DNA of 64,000 nucleotides. Origin: Chlorokybus atmophyticus. Its lineage: Eukaryota; Plantae; Mesostigma and Chlorokybus algae. The notes under the pieces are model-generated. The model was not told where the DNA came from and searched no databases. It saw only the letters and a list, made by a program, of their open reading frames with translations. The DNA lies in assembly GCA_009103225.1 (NCBI GenBank), contig RHPI01003116.1, positions 1 through 64,000 of the forward strand, given 5' to 3'. Both the position numbers and the translations under genes were made by a program. Of the stretch, positions 58,401-64,000 are shown piece by piece (positions within the stretch are counted from its first letter, which is position 1; each line of letters opens with the position of its first letter).

Positions 58401-59753
58401 GGGCAGTGTAGCAGGCGCGGTAGTCCTGCTCCTTGTCTTCCTCCAAGCGTGCCATACGCGCCATGAGGGCTGCCATATGGTCATCAGCTGGTGCGTTGGC
58501 TGAAGCCTTGGCGGCAACAGCAGCAGCGCGCGGACGTGTCTCTGGTCCCTTCGCTGAGGAGGTCTGTTCTTCCCCATGTAGCCTTGCTCTTCCTTGCGAA
58601 CACTGGCATTGTTGTTGTTGTTACTGCCACCAGCGTTGTTGCTGTTGTGGGCTCCAGTGTTGTTGCTATTGTAGCCACTGAAGTGGTTGCCAGTGTGGCC
58701 CCCAGTGTTGTTGCTGTTGTAGCCACTGAAGTTGTTGCCAGTGTGGGCTCCAGTGTTGTTGCTGTTGTAGCCACCGAGGTAGTTGTGGTTGTAGGTGTTG
58801 GCGGGCCTCAACTCTGAGAACTTGAGCCAGCAGACTGACTCCAAATGACCAATCTTGTGACATTGGTCGCAAACCAAAGTTGAGTGTTCTTCGGTGCACT
58901 CCTTTTGGTAGTGCCCATGCCGTCCACAGCGATGACACAGCACAGGGGCAGCAAGTGCAGCATGAGCTGACCGTTTCCCTTTGTCGCGTGCTGGTGGAGC
59001 GTCCCGGCCACGGTCGCGGCCAGGAGGCTCAGTTGTCGTGCTGACTACAGGCCGTACGGCGCTGCGGTTGGTGTCTAGCACTGCCTTCTCAAACACCAAG
59101 CGCTTGTGGATGGCTTGTGCAGTCTCGAAGGCTTCTTTGAGGGTGTAGCCAAGGGGCCTGCTGTAGTTCAGAGTCAGGCGTGTCGACTCGCTCAGAGCAG
59201 CATCCAACTCATCGACGTATATCACTGCAGCAGCCTCCTCACTGACAATCTTGTAGTCAGTGTCCTTCAGCAGACCTTCCAGTCTGGAGTACAAGCGGAG
59301 GGGATCCTCATTGGGCTTGCGTCGGAAGCGTCTCAGCTCCTCAACCTTGCTGGTGGTCTGAGGAGGGAAGGTACGGCGCAGGGCAGCGTACAGGTCCTTG
59401 AGTGGAGAATTAAAGATGGCAGCACCTACGGTGATGGCTGGTGCGCGCAGTGCTACTGACCCGAGGGTGAAAGCGCTGCCTCCTGCACGAGAGCCATGTG
59501 TTGCTGGAGGTAGAGGAGTACCCCACTCTGCGGCTGCCGCTTGCTGTACAGCTCTTTGTTCCTCAATAATGATGGCAGAACGGTCAAGGATGCGGACTCG
59601 ACGTGTGGCCTCCTTGGACTCAACTTCTGCAGGGGTCAAGTTGACAAGTACCAACTCTGGTTCCTCCTCCTCTGCCTGCTTGAGAGCTGCAGCTATGGTC
59701 AAGCCTGTTACTGCAACTGAAGTGGCAGGTGGAACGACACCTGCTGGACGGTG

Positions 59754-60210
59754 TGTTGAAGGTATTACATGGGTGATGCTTGTATCCGGTCAGCTTGCCC
59801 TTCATACAGGAGTCGAGGGTCGAAGGTACCAGGAAGAAGCGCATGGGCTCCAGACTTAGCAAGACGGTCGAGTCATGACGGACTCAGGACCAGGCTGCTT
59901 GGTAGAGCCTTGGGAGAAATCGCGTAGCTTTGTAAATACGTAAGCTTAGCAGGCGTGGCTTAGCTTGTTGGAAAGCTCTGGTTGTGAGCTAGACAGCGTA
60001 GCTTACAGAACAGCAATCGGCTGAGTATAGCGCACGCGGTGCTTGCCAATGTAGACGTGTGTAGAGACTGGCGGGGTATAAAGCCCTGACTTGTTGCAAT
60101 GAAGAAAAGAGGTCACGATGTAGCATGTGTGCGGATGCTATGGCGGCAGTAGCAGTCATGCTCTTGTGTTGATGTTGTTGGCGTGTCACTTGCACGTGTG
60201 TATGTCAACA
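59754..60210 (+). mobile_element. Solo Copia-family LTR inserted in the gag of the DNMT element
   Basis: TGTTGA...TCAACA ends, CGGTG TSD on both sides. Shares CTTGTAT.CGGTCAGCTTGCCC, TAGCTTGTTGGAAAGCTCT and GTATAAA(A)GCCC with the LTRs at 34865 and 37156. Excision fuses ORF 60186-60683 in frame to ORF 58389-59702 (..SASLHRPAGVVPP..GLTIAAALK). Confidence 0.92.
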
Positions 60211-60917
60211 CGGTGCAGGGATGCAGATGCTATGGTGCTGGCAAGCTCGCCATAGCCGTCTACTCGATGCAGTTCAGCAACGGACTTCCAGACATCGTGT
60301 GCTTCATGATCAAGATACTGAGCAGCAATGTGGAAAGAGATCTCATCTGACCAGTCTTTGTTCTTCAGTGCTTGCTGCCGCATCTTGGAGTGGAACTTGA
60401 TGATGAACTCATCCAGCGAGGTGGTGCCGGTACGTCCGGAGAAGCGCAGGGATGTGGTTGAACTGGAAGATTCCATCTCGTTGTCGTCGCTGTCCGATGA
60501 TAGTGGAGAAGCTAGATGACGAGGAGTAGAGTGGAGCGGGGTGAAGCTGGAGATGGAGCGCGAGCCTCTGCTGCTGCGGTCGATGCTTCCGTCACTGGTC
60601 CGCTCGTAGGTGAGGTTGGTGGTTGGGCTCCAACTGCTGAGGTCACCCTCGTCTATTGGGGAGAACGGGGTGGGCCTGCTCATACAGCTGGTCCAGAGGT
60701 GAAAGGGTAGAGTGCTTGTGCTCTACCGTCTATCCTGATGCTGTTACCACCCAACACACTAGTGCTTGTGCGCACTATGTGATGACATTGATAATGAATG
60801 CCCAGCGATGTATCCCTGGGTGCAGACTGCACTATCTGATGCAGATTGCAACACACTCACTTGTGCAAAGAGGGTGACACTGTAAGTCAACAAGCCACTA
60901 CGATAGGTAGTGCTGTG

Positions 60918-61420
60918 NNNNNNNNNNNNNNNNNNNNNNNNNNNNNNNNNNNNNNNNNNNNNNNNNNNNNNNNNNNNNNNNNNNNNNNNNNNNNNNNNNN
61001 NNNNNNNNNNNNNNNNNNNNNNNNNNNNNNNNNNNNNNNNNNNNNNNNNNNNNNNNNNNNNNNNNNNNNNNNNNNNNNNNNNNNNNNNNNNNNNNNNNNN
61101 NNNNNNNNNNNNNNNNNNNNNNNNNNNNNNNNNNNNNNNNNNNNNNNNNNNNNNNNNNNNNNNNNNNNNNNNNNNNNNNNNNNNNNNNNNNNNNNNNNNN
61201 NNNNNNNNNNNNNNNNNNNNNNNNNNNNNNNNNNNNNNNNNNNNNNNNNNNNNNNNNNNNNNNNNNNNNNNNNNNNNNNNNNNNNNNNNNNNNNNNNNNN
61301 NNNNNNNNNNNNNNNNNNNNNNNNNNNNNNNNNNNNNNNNNNNNNNNNNNNNNNNNNNNNNNNNNNNNNNNNNNNNNNNNNNNNNNNNNNNNNNNNNNNN
61401 NNNNNNNNNNNNNNNNNNNN
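60918..61420. other. Assembly gap (N) covering the predicted 5' repeat A1
   Basis: Run of n characters. Confidence 0.99.
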
Positions 61421-63943
61421 GGGGGCTTTGTTTGGCACCCACCGTTACCGGGCAAATTGGTCCCCTAACACAACACCCCCCATTGATTTTGGGGGGTGGG
61501 GTGGGGGGGTCTTAATAAAGGGGGGTTGTATTCGACAAAATACAGTAAGTTCAAGCTAGCTTGTGTGTTGGTTGATTGAATGCAAATTGGCTCATGGAAA
61601 GCAAGCCGCTTGAAGCCAACTTTAGCACCATGTAAGAAAGGTTGGCCAAAGGCCTATCCGACAGTTAGTCATTAAGTGGAGGTCAATTTTACAGGTTGTG
61701 TGTATGTGTGGGCACATGCACGCGTGTGTGTGCGCGTGTGCGTAACAGATGGTTGTACAACGATTTGTATGGCAATGTTGCACCTCTGTTATACCGTACG
61801 AGCTGCCTTACGATGTACTTTGAGTGAGGATGAAAGCTAACAAGTAAATCAATTACCTGCAAGTGTAGTCATGGTCATTTTTATGTGCTACACGCGTCAT
61901 ATTGCAAATGTTTTGCAACGCGACGCTTTGTTCGTAAAAATGAAGTTCATATGCGTGAGTCTATCGTATTTACCATAATATAGCCCCATTTAAATCACAG
62001 CACCCCAACCTTTTTTGCCAAGGGCTGTGTGTGAGGGAGGGCTATTCGCTGGACCATGTAACTCACACAAGTTTGGCGGTATTTCGCGATGCAAATTTGC
62101 CGCACGCGCAATCTTACGGCATGCACTGCCTCTGCCATGGCTATGCAGGCGAGTGTTGATGGCAATATCTTCTTATAAGTCATGAAAAGGCCTAGAGTTG
62201 GCTCGTGTAAGCAGCATAACGCACAAAGCTGACCAAAGACATTTGATGAAAGGGAGGGGGGGGGAGGGGGTATACTTTGCATTAAAGGCGAGTAGAGCCC
62301 CTCACCCTTTCCTTGAGGGGCCATGTAATACGAATGTAGCTTTATCACTGAATATACGACACGATATGAGACAAGGGGTGCTGCAAGCAATAATGCCACT
62401 GTCTTGGTTGGCACGTGCAGATTAGCACACTTATGTACATCAAGAAGACTCTACGGCGAGTTCAAGCCACAAGGAGGGAACGTGGCTGCAATTTGCGTTC
62501 TTTATGCATATGCAACGTGTATAGCAGCATGCCATGCAAGGCCATGAACAACTTATATTTGGCAACTTTGCCTACCCTCAACATACCCTGAATGTTATGT
62601 TCAATTAAGCACTCGCAAGCAATGGGGCAAAGCATGTAAGCATGAATACCGTTAGATGCAGTGTTAATGACGCTGTTGTGTCACCCCATCACCAACGCTG
62701 CACATCACGCGTCACGCGATCATCACGACGCCACCACTGCGTTGACAACTCACATCAGCCTAACATGCGGTACATCAGGCTGATGTAAGGTACGTGCCGG
62801 ACGACGCTGAGCCTCACGGGGTTGGGAAACGGTCACCGCTGGCTCACCATTTCATGCATTGACAGTGACAGTTTGTCACTGTCAATGCATGAAATGCGGG
62901 ACATGTACTGATACCATCTAAAACGGGCAGTTCAAAATCTGCGCGCCGAGCAAAATCGATTGCGGCGTGAGTCAGCGTGAGTCTAGCTCAGCGCGCATGC
63001 CGACAAGGCACTGCCCGTTGTTCACACAACCTCTTGCTAGGAAAGTAGTAACTTCGATCGGGCACATCATGAATATCTAACTACTAGCTTGGCATTATGC
63101 ATTTTAACGATGGAGCACCTGAACGTATATTGCGCGGGGGTTTGACGAATTTGAAAGCATACCTTTGGGACGGCGCAAGGTCCGCCGCGCAGCATACGAA
63201 GAATTCACGGCACTACGCGACATGCACGCAAACAAAGGTGTACTGTGCGAAAGTATTGTGTAACAGAAGTTGAACTTTTGTTACAAAACAATTCACTTGG
63301 GTGAATTACCGTCCGTCGCATTTATGCATTGAGCGACGCGCCTTCAGGCGGTAATACATTATTACTAATACTTGACGGCGGTAATACCGGACCCTACAAG
63401 AGTGGATTGAAGATAGAGTATGATTACGACGCAATGTTTTCTCACCGAGGGCCTTAACAAGGTAGCTGTTAGGCCTATGGTCCTTTCTTGGGCGTGGGCC
63501 GGTCGCAGGCAGGCTGCGGGGCTATATAATAAACACAACACCCGCTGCGACAACTAGTGGTGAATGCTGTGTTCCGTTGCATTGTGAGAGAGCCAAGCGA
63601 ACTGAAGCTGACTGAAGCTGACTGAAGGCGTGCTACCCCAGAGTTGGTTGCTTGAACCGGCCGGCTCAGCCTCCCGCTAGCAAAGGTGCGCTTACTTGTG
63701 TCGCCGCCGGCAATGCTTTGCCCCCTCCCCTACTTCTTCTCCCAACAGAAACTTGTGGATGCCTCCTGCTGAGATGACTGCGTTCTAAGTGTACTTATCG
63801 TGCCTTGCTGTCTGAGTGGGTCAGCTCAGCCATGATGCATGCATGGCGCCACTGTCTAACCATCAATTGCATGCTTATGTCGTGGGAGGCATGCGCGCGC
63901 ACCTATACCTAACATGCACTCTCTCTATGGTGTGCAGGACAGG

Positions 63944-64000
63944 ATGATGCCCAAGGCGCAGCGGCCGCTTGGCTCACTTCTCCTGTTGGCGTTGTTCATC
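63944..64000 (+). CDS. Possible start of a secreted or membrane protein running off the window
   Basis: ATG..MMPKAQRPLGSLLLLALFI after a cag acceptor-like site. Signal-peptide-like but only 19 codons visible. Confidence 0.3.
   Translation, partial: MMPKAQRPLGSLLLLALFI

Larger units (their letters stand above)
50086..60917 (-). mobile_element. Ty3/Gypsy-type retrotransposon carrying a C5 DNA methyltransferase and a PHD finger, with split direct-repeat termini (5' end runs into the gap)
   Basis: Gag ATG at 60683 with two CCHC knuckles (~58830-58940). Protease VMLDTGAQ (~56110). DNMT at 54440-55400. RT (DRRMCGDYRPVN, MPFGLKNAP, YINDI) at ~53400-54190. RNase H (LHTDWS..GAVL, YEGECLAAV). Integrase HHCC + D,D(35)E at 51550-52530. 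PHD at 51290-51430. G7 PPT at 51216-51222. Repeats 50086-50324 ~ 50977-51215 and 50312-50343 = 60885-60916. Confidence 0.93.

Noticed and set aside
53007-58681. Plus-strand (antisense) ORFs overlapping the retrotransposon polyprotein
   Set aside because: Shadow ORFs of a GC-rich coding strand with no independent motifs. No tyrosine recombinase was found on either strand.
60885-60897. TGGCTTGTTGAC as a tRNA primer-binding site (starts with TGG)
   Set aside because: It is identical to the start of repeat B and implies an implausible AU-rich acceptor stem. The adjacent 15-nt self-complementarity explains priming better.
61421-61430. GCTTT just after the gap, matching the 5 bp before 50086 (apparent TSD)
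   Set aside because: It is not preceded by the expected ..GGCATGACA terminus, and the post-gap sequence is low-complexity and does not continue the interrupted integrase. Likely coincidence.

Overview
Intron-rich eukaryotic DNA, probably from a green alga or early streptophyte (inferred from gene content, short GT-AG introns and long (GT)n tracts), with three N-gaps. Host genes are a 9-exon Phi-1/EXORDIUM-like gene (494-2557,+), a short-chain dehydrogenase pseudogene (~3330-3960,-), cytosolic methionyl-tRNA synthetase (19971-13947,-) and the PP4 catalytic subunit (30019-32626,+). Most of the rest is nested transposons: a piggyBac-like TTAA element, a pogo element interrupted by a Plavaka/CMC transposase, an internally deleted Copia, two tandem chromovirus-type Gypsy relics with a CACTA-like insertion, and solo LTRs. 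The main find is a minus-strand Gypsy-type retroelement at 50086 to >=60917. Its decayed polyprotein reads Gag - unknown domain - protease - DNMT3-like C5 cytosine methyltransferase - RT - RNase H - DDE integrase - PHD finger. Its termini look like split direct repeats (A1-ORF-B1-A2-B2), with an internal CA-gc-TG circle-junction-like site and a 15-nt self-priming-type complementarity instead of a recognisable tRNA primer site. This suggests integration from a circular intermediate. The 5' terminus lies in a gap, so that model is untested.
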